Positions 1 through 11,265 of a DNA stretch of 64,000 bases are shown in pieces. The position numbers and the translations under genes are program-made. The notes below the pieces were generated by a model. The model had not been told where the DNA came from. It saw only the letters and a program-made list of their open reading frames with translations, and ran no database searches. The first letter of the stretch is position 1. Every line of letters begins with the position of its first letter. The stretch is from Selaginella moellendorffii (lineage: Eukaryota; Plantae; Lycopodiophyta): positions 1,165,690-1,229,689 of the forward strand of contig NW_003314318.1 in NCBI RefSeq assembly GCF_000143415.4. Reading direction: 5' to 3'.

Positions 1-678
1 AAATCCCGGCTTCACTGCGCATTTGGTCCCTTCGTAGCAGCAACGCAGACCGCCTTTGTAGCCTTCCTTCAAAGGTTGTCCCGAGATTTCTGTTGTTACG
101 TTGTACAAGCTGCAGCGGCACTCATGGCATAGTTGGGGATCATATGTTCCTCTGCCGTCGATGGCATGGAGATTGAGCACAAAGAGCTCCTCGTAGCCTT
201 CCGGAGGGTTGCCAATGCCGATAGCATAGGATCCTGGAACAAAGTAGCTCGTGTGCCTTGTCTCGGCACCAAGACCCCAGAACTGTGAATGGACGTTGTG
301 CTGACAAATTCCATCGTTTCCAGTGATTATAGCGGATGGCGAGCCTAGACGATCATGGAAACCGCCTCTGACCAGCTCTTTTCTCTCGGAGCTCTTCAGG
401 TAGAGGCCAAATACCACCCAGTGATGCAGATAGAGTTCGGTCAGAGGCACGGGATTCCCAAGCTCATCTACAATCTCTCCCTGAAAGTTCTTGACGCCAA
501 TATGACCTTTGGGAAACTCGATCTTGTAGTATCGGTCTTGGACCTCTCCCGGCTCCAGAGAAAAAGCTGGAGATTTGTAAGTCTTCCTTTGAATTCTGGA
601 GCAATCCTTCGATTCTGCTGGAGATGAAGACCATAGCAAAACGATGGCCACGACCAGAACGAAAGGCTTCCCGTCCAT
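1..678 (-). pseudogene. SURNod19 (stress up-regulated Nod19 family) degenerate copy, runs off the window edge
   Basis: Near-identical to 20497-21183 at the 5' end (ATG at 678, MDGKPFVLVVAIVLL...), but with indels and no long ORF through the exon. Confidence 0.75.
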
Positions 679-1395
679 TTTTTAGCCGCTATTCACCCCC
701 GCCGTGCTCACTAGAAAATCACCGCGGACGAAAACCACTTGTGTGGTAGGACCTTCGTTGCATGCCGCCACCTATGCTTAGTGGTTTGGACACCGCTTTC
801 AGTCTGACAAGAGCACATCCCTGTACAATGGTCACAGTATCCATCTTCTTGGACGATTCTGCGCCGACGATTTCAGCACCAGGACTCACTGCCTCACTGA
901 TTTCTGCAATGAGCACAAGTAAGAAAATGTCCACGGCTCAGCGTACCTTTGCCACCTGTCAAGAAAATGATCGCTCCATTGTCGAAGTCGATCGCGTTCA
1001 GATCTTCCGGATTGTATTCGAGAGGAATCGCCTCCCTGTCAATCACTAGATTAAGAAAAACTCAACACAGTAGAGAAAACCTCCACAGCCGGTCCTTCTG
1101 GAATTCCTTGCTCCAACCTCGACAAAAGATAATACTGCTCCTCGGCAACCTCTTGAGCGGCATCATTCAATGGCGCTGGAAAAGAAAAAAACAACGTGTA
1201 ACTGTTGTTATAGATCAGCGTCACTATGAAACTTACGTCCGAAAAGACACCTCGAAAGCCGAGACATCCTGTCCTGGGATCTTTATGCCAACGCCAGCCT
1301 TCCAGTTTCCCGGCCCTTACTCTGCTGTTACTCGAGTTGCTGAATTCCCCGCGAGTAGCATTCTATAACTGTGCTATAAGTCGAGGAGGAGAGTT

Positions 1396-1906
1396 TACTT
1401 GAGAACTACAGAGACCCAAGTAGCCTTGAACGTAATCGTCGGGAAGACACCTGATGCGCTTCAAGACATCGGCATTTGCATACCTGAGCTTTGTTCGAGG
1501 ATCCGTGTAAGGTGCGTTTACAAGGAGAAAATAACGAGAGGAGATTACACGGTGGAGAAATGGCGAGACAGCACCTTACCTCAAATCCAGAGACGTCGCA
1601 GTATTTCTTGGAAGGATAAATGGAAGGAGGCGATTCGATGTTAACATCTGCAAATGTACGAGGCTAAACAATGTACGAGGTACTGGTATGGAATCAGGAA
1701 CTCACAGTTGCGGGAAGGAGATGGAAATTCTCGGCCTGGACGATCTGCTTGAGATGCTTCCAGTGCCTACCTCGCGTGTTGCCCTTGGGATAGCGCTCCA
1801 GGAGCTGCGATCGCATGAATGGAAGAAGCGCCGGGAGCACGCATTCCGCTGCCTCGATCGTCGCCGCACGACGAAGACGCCTGCGCTGCATCACTGAAGG
1901 AATCAT
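1396..1906 (-). pseudogene. Degraded copy of the IES6/INO80 subunit C gene
   Basis: Shares [30 protein letters not shown] with 22541-23088 but has deletions at the start, exon-1 end and C-terminus. Confidence 0.75.
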
Positions 1907-2111
1907 CTCACGAACCCTAATAGCATCTATTCAAACGGATCTCATTATCTACCCCATATCTCTCTCTCCATACTGCAGCTGACCTGTACTGAAATTTTAT
2001 AATCAACTGAGGGCGATGTTCTAACAACGGGCTTCATCGCTATCCTTGCTCGCACACATAGCCTATGTTCGATAACGCCCTTCTCATTCACTCTCTGTTA
2101 GTCTTCTTATC

Positions 2112-2345
2112 ATGGCTGCGGGCGTGGGCGTCTTCAAGCTTCTTGTGGTTGCGGCAGTTCTCATGTTCACATTTGTTGCTAGCATTGAGTCTGCGCGTGT
2201 CTTTGGAGGGGACTTTATTCAACTAGTTCAAGGTGGTAGCAATCCAAGTTTGAAGTGCCAAGACACAGGAGATCCTTGCACGCAGAATAAGGATTGCTGC
2301 AAAGGAGGGTGTCTGTATCAAGTTGGAATTTGTGTTGGCTGGTAG
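2112..2345 (+). CDS. Secreted small cysteine-rich peptide precursor, knottin (ICK)-like
   Basis: 77 aa: hydrophobic signal peptide, short pro-region, then C-x6-C-x5-CC-x3-C-x6-C (CQDTGDPCTQNKDCCKGGCLYQVGIC). Confidence 0.7.
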   Translation: MAAGVGVFKLLVVAAVLMFTFVASIESARVFGGDFIQLVQGGSNPSLKCQDTGDPCTQNKDCCKGGCLYQVGICVGW

Positions 2346-4374
2346 GTGCCAAAATGACATTGTGCCATAAGGTTTCCTCTTGCTTGCATCCTGGTCACAA
2401 TGTCACAACTTCTAGAAGAGGGTTTCTTCCAGTTGTGCAGATCTACAGATTGACACAAGCTATTGGAACAATAGCACTGAATAATGATTGAAAGAAGAAT
2501 TTCAGTGCTCCCCAATTCTTGAAGGTCCCCATTTTTCTTCCAATTCTGTTGTTTGAGGACAGTCTTATGACCTTATACTCTTTCTTTTTTTTTTTGGTTT
2601 TTTCTTCTCCTTAGTCACTTCTTGGCTTGCGATCATCTAGGAGCACAAGTTTGTAAGCAAGCTTGTAAATCTCATTGGTGTTGTTATGCGGACATGGCAA
2701 TAGTTTTTATGTATATGTACCTAGAGTTGAGACATACACTCCTTGTATGCTGATCTCTCCACTACTTTTATCTTATCAGAACAATTAGCTCCTTGATCTT
2801 GGGCATGGGATTTGTTAATCAAGAGGCCAATGACAAAGAGGATGAGTTTTTTATTACAATCCCTCTTGGGATGTTTGATGAGGTGTTGGATGTGTTAGAG
2901 GTTTGAAGTATCACAAACTTGATTATAGGTATTAAAAATTATGTCTTTCTACTGCTAAAAAGTCAATATTGTTAGACCCTTTGCCAAATTAACATAAACC
3001 AAAAGGGCACTAAAGAAGAAAATTTTAATTATTAGTTTGCACTTATTACTATTGGGTTTGTGATATTGAGTTTGGTCCCTCAATATTCGCTAAATAATAA
3101 CTTACTGTGTTTATTAAAAATACTCTTGTTCATGTGTTAATCCCATTTTGGTTCTATATAATAATTATGGAAAGTATATAAATCTGCTACTTAAACATAT
3201 CTAGGAAATGTAAAGAGTGTTATTCCCAAATTCATAATTTATCATCATTTTATATTTAATAATTTTTTTAGATTATCCTAAAGAATAAATCCTAGGATTT
3301 GGGTGAAAGCCTAAAGCATGCATAAAAAAATTTAAATATATAATAAAGATGGGTAAATTGGGTATGGATGACTAACTTGAGATATTATATAGCTTCTAAC
3401 AGATATTATGACTTGAGATATTATATAGTTTTATGTATAACTTGGGTTTAACCCCAAACTCCATACCATGTTCGTTTGTAGAGTACTTCATATCCTTCTG
3501 TTATGCAAAAATAACTCCTGTTATACTAAAATAATATTAAACTTTATTTGGCTTTATTTTGCATATTAGTCTTGGCATTGGGATATTGAATGCTCTAAAA
3601 TTATTTCAATGTTACTTTATGCATTTTTATTCCTTCACTCTTTAGTTGTACACTTATAATAAAACTCAAGTTTTATTTTGTTGCATTTACCACATATGTC
3701 CAAGGGTTAAGTTTTGCCCTATAGTAAATTACTATAAGGTATAGAGTGAAAACCATATACACTACATAATAGGTGATTAAGATATTTTAACAACCCACAT
3801 CAAGAATTGGGTCAAGATTCAAGAACTAGTTCTTTACATGAATCTTCAGCAATTTGGAAAGATTCTTATGAAGATTCAAGTGCTTAATAGCAATAGAAGT
3901 GAGAGCCTAATAGTAAACCATATACTAAGATTGAAACCATAATAATGAGCAAGAGTGGGTGTGTAAATAAAGCTAAAAGTAGTTGATTGATGAGTTTTTT
4001 AAATGTGTTCCCCATACTTATTATCTCATACTAACTAGGCATGGTTTAAACTTTGATTCAACCTTGAATCAACCACTTGATTATGAGCGAAAGTGTTTGC
4101 GCTAAAGATGATATCATATGTAATTATGCCTATGTGGTAGTAGCTTCTATATATATGTACCCATTTATATAAAGTTCAAATATTTTCTTCCTCCTCATGT
4201 ATGCATCTCTCCACTACTTTCAAAGCATAGTAAAACCTGGAAAAGGTAATTTTTTTGTTGATCACTCTTTCTATTTCAATTGACAAGATTGAATTATGTC
4301 AATATAATATACTCTTGACCGAAGTATATTTCTACCCTAAATTGGAAATTGTATGTATTAGGCATTCATGCGTC

Positions 4375-4880
4375 TTGTGGAGTATCTATAAACAAAAGTA
4401 TTTACTATGGGACCAAAGCAAATAATATAGGTTTGATTCCCATTGATTAGTAGCTATTTAAAATATACAGACAAAAGTATCTATGGTGGGACTGTGGCTC
4501 AATAGGGGTAAAAGGACAATAAGGACATTCACATTTTTGCAATGGAGTATCTACAAACAAAAGTATCTACTGTGAAACCATAACTTAGTAGGGGTGAAAG
4601 GATAATAAAGACATTTACATCTCTAAAGTAGAGTATCTATAGACAAAAATATCTACTATAGGACCATGGCTCAATAAAGCTGAAAGGACAATAAGGATGG
4701 GACTGTAGCTTAGTAGGGGTGAAAGGATAATAAAGATATTTACATCTTTGAAGTGGAATATCTACAAACAAAAGTATTTACTGTGGGACCATAGCTTAGT
4801 AGGGGTGAAAGGATAATAAAGACATTTATATCTCTGAAGTGGAGTATCTACAAACAAAAGTATCTATTGTGGGACCATAG
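4375..4880. repeat. Degenerate ~86-bp tandem repeat array, left part (continues at 12415-12620)
   Basis: Recurring unit gtggagtatctacaaacaaaagtatctactgtgggaccatagcttagtaggggtgaaaggataataaagacatttacatctctgaa. Confidence 0.85.
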
Positions 4881-6031
4881 TGTAAGCCACAAATTTTTCT
4901 TTTCCAATTTGCCAGCTTACCTCGTCTATCCGTCCAACACCGCCTTGGCCTTTGCTAAGTTCCCTTGCCAAGGTTCTCGCCTATGGTACTAGCTCCTACT
5001 TGGTCTCAGCTACTTACTGCACGAGCAACGGAGTGTTAGCCATCCATCTACGGATTCCCAAATCACTCCCAATCCCCCTCCCCGGGTTAGACTGGACTTA
5101 AGGTTCGGCTACACTCCCCGCAAGCACAAGCAGCCAAGCACACCAAGCTTCCAGGTTCCTAACTTCCCTCGGTACCACAAGACTTGATCATGGGACCCTC
5201 TAAATCCCAAGTCTTGAGTGCAACACTTGCTTCGGGACGCCGGGGCGAAACACCGTGGCCTAGCGGCCCGGTATGGGTACCTCTCGCCCCCCACTTCCAT
5301 CCCGAAGGAAGGCCCAAGCCCCTAGGAAGGGCGAGGACCAATGAGCCGCATGGTACTCAAGTGGGGCACCACTCCACATGAGCTGGGAGCACCGCAATTG
5401 GTTTCCCTTTCGGGAGTGGGAGCTGCTCTTGAGCACTTCCTTGGATGGCCCCTCCGGCACCAGCCAAGTCCATGCTCACTCCCACCCAAGGCCCCTCGGT
5501 CCCAGTCCCAACCTCAAGTCAGTTTGGAAGCCCAACTGGAGAGTCCCTTCAAAACTGGTTCCTGGACCTCACTATCCCTACTATACTTTTGGAACCCCCT
5601 GCAGCCCCCCCCCCCCCCTGGGAGACGCACGCTTTGGGCTTTCACCCCTTGACCCGTATTAGTATTTGGACTTAGTCTCTGGCTCGATCTCGGACCCGAT
5701 TTCGGATCCGACTTCGGATTCGGGTTTGGACTCGATTCCGGACTCGATCTCGGACCCGATCTTGGACCCGACCTCGGACTCGACCTCGGACTCGGTCTTG
5801 GACCCGATTTCGGATCTCGGACTCCGTCTCGAACTCGGTCTCGAACTCGGACTCGAACTCGGCCCCCGAGCCGGTCTCGGACTCGATTTCGGACTCCATC
5901 CTGAACTCGGTCCTAGAGTCGGTCTTGGACTCGATCTTCGACTTGGTCCCATCCGATGAACTCTTTGTCATTTTGGTCATGCTTTCGGGGTTCCTTTAGC
6001 CTACGACACCTCGGCGAGTTGGTTCCTTACA
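4881..6031 (-). repeat. 3' LTR (1151 bp)
   Basis: tgtaagccac...ggttccttaca; about 99% identical to 11266-12414. Confidence 0.95.
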
Positions 6032-6046
6032 ACTCCACCACCCATA
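6032..6046 (-). other. Polypurine tract
   Basis: Minus strand reads ...tatgggtggtggagt directly before the TG of the 3' LTR. Confidence 0.7.
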
Positions 6047-6433
6047 GAAGAAGTTCGATGCCCACATCGAACGTCTCGTTTTATCCTACGACTTGTTGAC
6101 CATGTCTCCGGGGGCATCCCCCCACTTAGCGGTGTGCCTAAGTTAGCCTCCCCGGCCAAGAGCCCATGACAACGGAATATAGATGTCCCTATACTCCTCC
6201 CCTCACCACGTCCTAGTATAGGGTCGGGACTTGAACCCAGCCTTGCTTTACTAGGGGGTTGGGACTTGAACCCAACCTCCGTAGAATACGTCTACGGTTT
6301 CGACATCCCCGCAGGGAGTCGGGCGTAGCTCCCTACGCCTGGTCGACCTAGCTAACCCATGCTAATTAGCTTACCTTCGGCGCGCCTTCGGGTCCCAATA
6401 TATGCCATTGCTCAACTTCTCAAATTGATACTT

Positions 6434-9400
6434 TTAATTGAACTTTGCATAAGTACATAGAGTTCTGCCATGCAGAAATTCCTCCACTAGATCTCGCGCG
6501 TTCACTAGGTTCTCCTCTGGTTCCCATGTTGCTTCGCAGTGTGGAAATCCTTTCCACTTCACATGGAACTCTCTCACCTCGTGTCCTTGTCGCTTGCTCT
6601 TGCGCGCATTGAGGATGGCCTCGACTTCGTATTCCTCTTCCCCTTGGATAACCTCAGGTAAAGGTATTACTTGGTCCTTGCGAAGCGGATCCTCAAAGTA
6701 CGGCTTGAGTAAGTTCACGTGGAACACTGGGTGCATCTTCCCCATCTCTCGAGGAAGTCGGAGTCGGTAAGCCACTTTACCGATTCGTGCCTCAATCTCG
6801 TAAGGCCCCGCGAACCTGCTTAAGGAACTCAAGATCAATTCATTTACAGGAATACATGCATTTTTACCTTTGGGTCAACTTTCGGCTGATCCCACTTGGT
6901 AGCCTGAGGTTCTTGGTGTTCAGCCACACCTTCTCCCCAGCTTGGAACTCCACATCTCGGCGCTTTAGGTTCGCATACTTGGTTTGCCTTTGTTGAGCCC
7001 GTTCCAAGGAATCCCTCACTAGATTCCAAATGTTGAGTCTTTCCGCCGTAAATGCCTCCACTGCGGGTAGCTCTCCATGATACTCGGCCACGCCGAGTTC
7101 CACAGGACCTTCAATAGCTCGCCCATTGATGACTTCCCATGGACTCACCCCGATACTCGAATGTGGTGAGTTGTTATAACACATTTCCGCAAGTCCCAAA
7201 TGACTTACCCAGTCGGTCTGGTCTCCCGAGACATAGCATCGCAAATAATCCTCCAGCTGCCTATTCACCCTTTCCGTTTGTCCGTCTGTCAAGAAGTGTT
7301 AGTGCCATCAATCTTGACTCAATACCCATTACCTGTTTGTGGGTGATAGGCCGTGCTGAATTTCAACTTGGTGCGATACTGTTCTAGGAGTGTCCTCCAG
7401 AACCTACTGGTGAAGATCTTATCTCGATCTGAGATAATCTCTTCTGGCCTTCCCCGCACTCGAACCACTTGTTCGAAGAACAGCTTCGCCACACCTTCCG
7501 CATCCACATCCGTTGTGGTGGGTATGAAATGTGCCATCTTTGAAAATCGGTCCACCACCACGAATATAGCATCGAACCCCTCGCTTGGGGGTAGTCCCGT
7601 GATGAAGTCCATCGTGAGACATTTCCACGGACGATCTGGAATGGGGATGCTTTGCAACAAGCCCCCACTAGCCTTCGTCACGGCTTTGACCTGCTGACAT
7701 GTTGGACATGTCTTTACATAGTCTTGGACGTCCTTAGCCATATCTGGCCAGTGATACTTCCTTTTGAGTAAGCCCATCGTCTTGGGCACTCCGCCGTGTC
7801 CCGCGAGAGGTCCGTCATGACACTCTTCCAAGGCTACCTTCCTTAGTTCCCCTTCTGGAACATACACCCTCGTTTGCTTGTAATATATGAGTCCGTTGCG
7901 TTCCGCATAGCCCGTTTTCTCTTCCGTTGGCAGCTCACCTCTCTGGTGAGCTTCCCGCGCCTCCAGATTCCTCAGCAACACTTCTTGTGCTAGACCATCA
8001 CTCTCGTATGCGGTCCGCACATCGTCCCAAAAGGTTGCTGTCGCGCTAGATATCGCCAACTTCAAGCTCGCTTTTCGACTTAGCGCATCTGCCACGATGT
8101 TGCTCTTCCCAGGCTTGTACAGGATCTCGCAATCAAACTCGGCCAAAGCATTGGCCCACCGACCTTGTTTTCCCCTTAGGTCGGGCTGTGACAAGAAGTG
8201 TTTCGTTGCCACATTGTCCGTGTAAACCTTGAAGTGTCTCCCAAGGTAGTGTCGCCACTCCTTGAGCGCCTTGACCACCGCAAACAATTCCTTCTCGTGG
8301 GCAGGCCACTTCCGTTGAGCCTTGTCCAGCTTCTTCGAGAAGAACGCTACTGGATGGTTGTCTTGCTTCAAAACTGCGCCCAACGCAAAGTCCGAAGCAT
8401 CCGTGTCTACCTCAAAGTCCTTACCAAAGTCTGGTAATGCCAACACCGGAGCCTTCCTCAACTTCCCCTTGAGGTGGACGAATGCCGCCTCGCATTCCGC
8501 TGTCCATACCATCTTCCCTTTTCCTGTTTGGTCCGTTAAGGGCAGGGCTACTCTCGAATAGTGTCTGATAAACTTTCGATAGTAGTTGCATAGCCCCAGG
8601 AACGCCCTCAACTCATGTACATTCGATGGTCGTTCCCATTCCTGGATCGCTTGGACCTTCTTCGGGTCCACCTTGAGCCCGTCCTGGCCCACCACATGCC
8701 CGAGAAACTTTACCTCTTGTTGAGCAAAGTCACATTTGCTCTCTTTAGCATACAGTTTGTGTTCCCTTAGTTTCTCAAACACTTTCGCCAAGTGTTCGGC
8801 ATGCTCCTCTAGCGTCTCGCTATAGATCAGGATGTCGTCAATATAGACGACCACGAAGCGATCCAGATAGGGTACAAAGATGTGGTTCATCAACGCCGAA
8901 AACGTTGCCGGCGCATTGCACAGCCCAAAGGGCATCACCAGAAACTCAAAGCTCCCATACCTCGTTCGACAGGTTGTCTTCTCGACATCTTCCTCAGCTA
9001 CCCTGATCTAGTAGTATCCTGACCTTAGGTCAATCCTCGAGAAGTATTTTGCCTTTCCCAACCTATCGAACAGGTCCTCGATCCTTGGCAAAGGGTACTT
9101 GTTCTTCTTGGTATACTTGTTGAGCAACCGGTAGTCTATGCACATGCGCATAGATCCATCTTTCTTTTTCACAAATAGCACCGGCGCCCCATACGGCGAC
9201 TTACTCAACCTAACATACCCTTTGTCCACCAACTCCTCTAGTTGGCTCTTGAGCTCCTTGAGTTCTTTTTCGTTCAATCGGTAGAGTGGGCGAACCACCG
9301 CCTCAACACCCTCGACCAGCTCAATCTTATGTTTTATCGGTCGTGCGGGGGGCAACCCCGCCGGTAGCTCCTCCGGCATCGTATCCTGGAATTGGTCCAG

Positions 9401-11206
9401 CACCTGCTGGATCACTAAAGGTACTTCTTCCGTTCTTGTCTTTTTGTCACTCTTCACCGAGAGTAAGCACAAAAAGGCTGCCTTAGTTCCTTTAGTGAGT
9501 TGTCCTCTCGTGGACACCAGGTTTAAGCATGACTCTTTGGCCTTGCTTTGCCCTACCTTTAGATCTTGGGCCTCCACCCTAGATCTTCTTCCTTGGGCAT
9601 TCGCCAATACCACAAGGTTCCTACCTTGTCCATGCAGGGCTACCACGAACCGATTAAACAAATCCATTCCGAAGATCACGTCAAATCTCGCCATGTCCAA
9701 GACGGTGAAATCCATGTCCACTTTCCATGTCCCCACTTCGACTCTCGCTTGTCGAAGTACCTCATCGGTGCTTTGGCTACCTTGAACAAACTCTATAGTC
9801 CTTGGTTCGCCTAGCCGCTGCACCGTTAGTCCGGCTTGCCGGACTATGTCTGCAGCCACAAAATTATCCGAAGCACCCGTGTCAATAAGGATCTTAACAA
9901 AGCTACCTCCGAGCTTCCCTCGGAGGGCTAGTAGATGTCGCGAACGACTCTCTACCAAAGTTGCTCGTGTAATGAGTAACTTTGAGTTAGGGACTGGATC
10001 ACATACCTCAGTTTGGACTTCACCCGACTTGATGGCCATATTGGCTCTGGCCTTCTTCGGGTAGGGACATTCCCTCGAGAAGTGTCCCGCTTCGCCGCAG
10101 TTGTAGCATATGTTGTTTCCCACGCTGCTATACGACTTGACCTTCTTATCCATGGGTTTGTCTTTTTTCGCTTGACTCCCCCACGTACTCGCTCGCTGGC
10201 CACCGGATTTGCCTTTCCGGAACCCCGAGGACTCATTCTTAGAGAAACTCTTTTTGAATTTCCCCTTGCTATACGTTCCCCTTGGTTTGGCCCCTTTGCT
10301 AAATGTGGATCCCGACCCCGTCGTGTTCCCCTTTCGCAGGTTATCGTTGAAATGCACCTTGATGGCCGCATCCAACGCTTCTTTGTAGTTGATCGGGTTC
10401 CACCGCATCACCTCACCGCGAGCCCAGGTTTGCAAACCTGATATGAAGGCATGGAACGCATCCATATCCCCCATGTCCGTGACAAGTATCCTCTTTGCCA
10501 TGAACCCATTCACATATTCCTGGATGGTTCCAGTCTGCTTCAGCCTACTCAGCTCATCTCTCAGATGTAGAGTGGCATTCGGAGGAACGTATGTTGCGCG
10601 GATCCTCGCCTTCATCATGTCCCAAGTGGCCACTAGTCCTTCGTTGGCCTCCGTCGTTCTCCACCAAGACTTGGCATTATCTGCCAAGTATGGTTTTGCA
10701 CATGGGACCTTCTCCGAGCTCGGTAACCGCAACGCTCGGAAGTAGTCCTCCATATCGTAAAACCAATCCTCCACCACCTTATAGTCATTCACTCCCTTGA
10801 AGACCGGTGGGGGCTTCGGTTTGTACTTGGGAACTGCCTGAGGGACTGATTCTACTTCGGTCTGTTCGACCTTGTCTGGTTTTGCCTCAGTCCCGGCCGA
10901 AAGATCCGCACCTTCTGCGCTGCCAGCATCCGCAGTCTTTTTCTTTTTCTTCTGCCTCTCGTCACGCTTTAGCTTGCGTACGAGAGTTTCCAGCAGGGCA
11001 TTGGTCTGTGCCAATTGTCCTTCTAGCACGTCCAATCGAGCCTTGGACGACCGAACCTCGCCACCGGACTCTTGTTTGGAAGTTTCCTCACTAGAGTCCT
11101 CCTCATGCAAGGATTCCTCATCCATAGCCTCTTGTTCGACCGGAGGCTCCAGCTCCGGCGGAGGTTCCGTCTCCGCCTGGGTTCGCTTACGCCCTGCCCT
11201 TGCCAT
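6434..11206 (-). CDS. Single-frame Gag-Pol polyprotein with one nonsense codon (9008-9010) and two introns in integrase (7286-7332, 6816-6867)
   Basis: Zinc knuckle [14 protein letters not shown]; protease LIDTGA; RT YIDD; RNase H TDASD; integrase HHCC, MDF, ISDRD and, after splicing, QTDGQTER; GPY motif; chromodomain [22 protein letters not shown]. Confidence 0.9.
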
Positions 11207-11250
11207 CTCCCAGCAATCCGCCTCTATCCTTCGCTAGAACTGAGATAAAG

Positions 11251-11262
11251 GCTCCGATACCA
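11251..11262 (-). other. Primer-binding site, initiator tRNA-Met type
   Basis: Minus strand TGGTATCGGAGC, 3 nt after the 5' LTR; one mismatch to the usual TGGTATCAGAGC. Confidence 0.85.
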
Positions 11263-11265
11263 AAT

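Larger units (their letters stand above)
1..1935 (+). repeat. Segmental duplicate of ~20497-23115, lacking ~21780-22495
   Basis: 1-1300 aligns by eye to 20497-21780 and ~1365-1935 to ~22500-23115. The ORF-track translations are nearly identical (e.g. 762..1049 vs 21267..21620). Confidence 0.9.

Noticed and set aside
4375-4880. CRISPR-like appearance of the repeat array
   Set aside because: Contiguous degenerate tandem units without unique spacers; eukaryotic context; no cas genes.
5109-5980. ORFs inside the LTRs (also 11294-12363)
   Set aside because: By-products of GC-rich and hexamer-repeat LTR sequence.
6222-6277. tRNA gene or tRNA-derived SINE
   Set aside because: Only T-arm-like loops are present; no acceptor stem, D arm or anticodon arm found.
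6395-6465. Possible third intron after the chromodomain (AT-rich stretch with a GTACTT donor; AG|GTAAGC near 6374)
   Set aside because: No convincing YAG acceptor and no conserved motif restored by splicing; needs RNA data.
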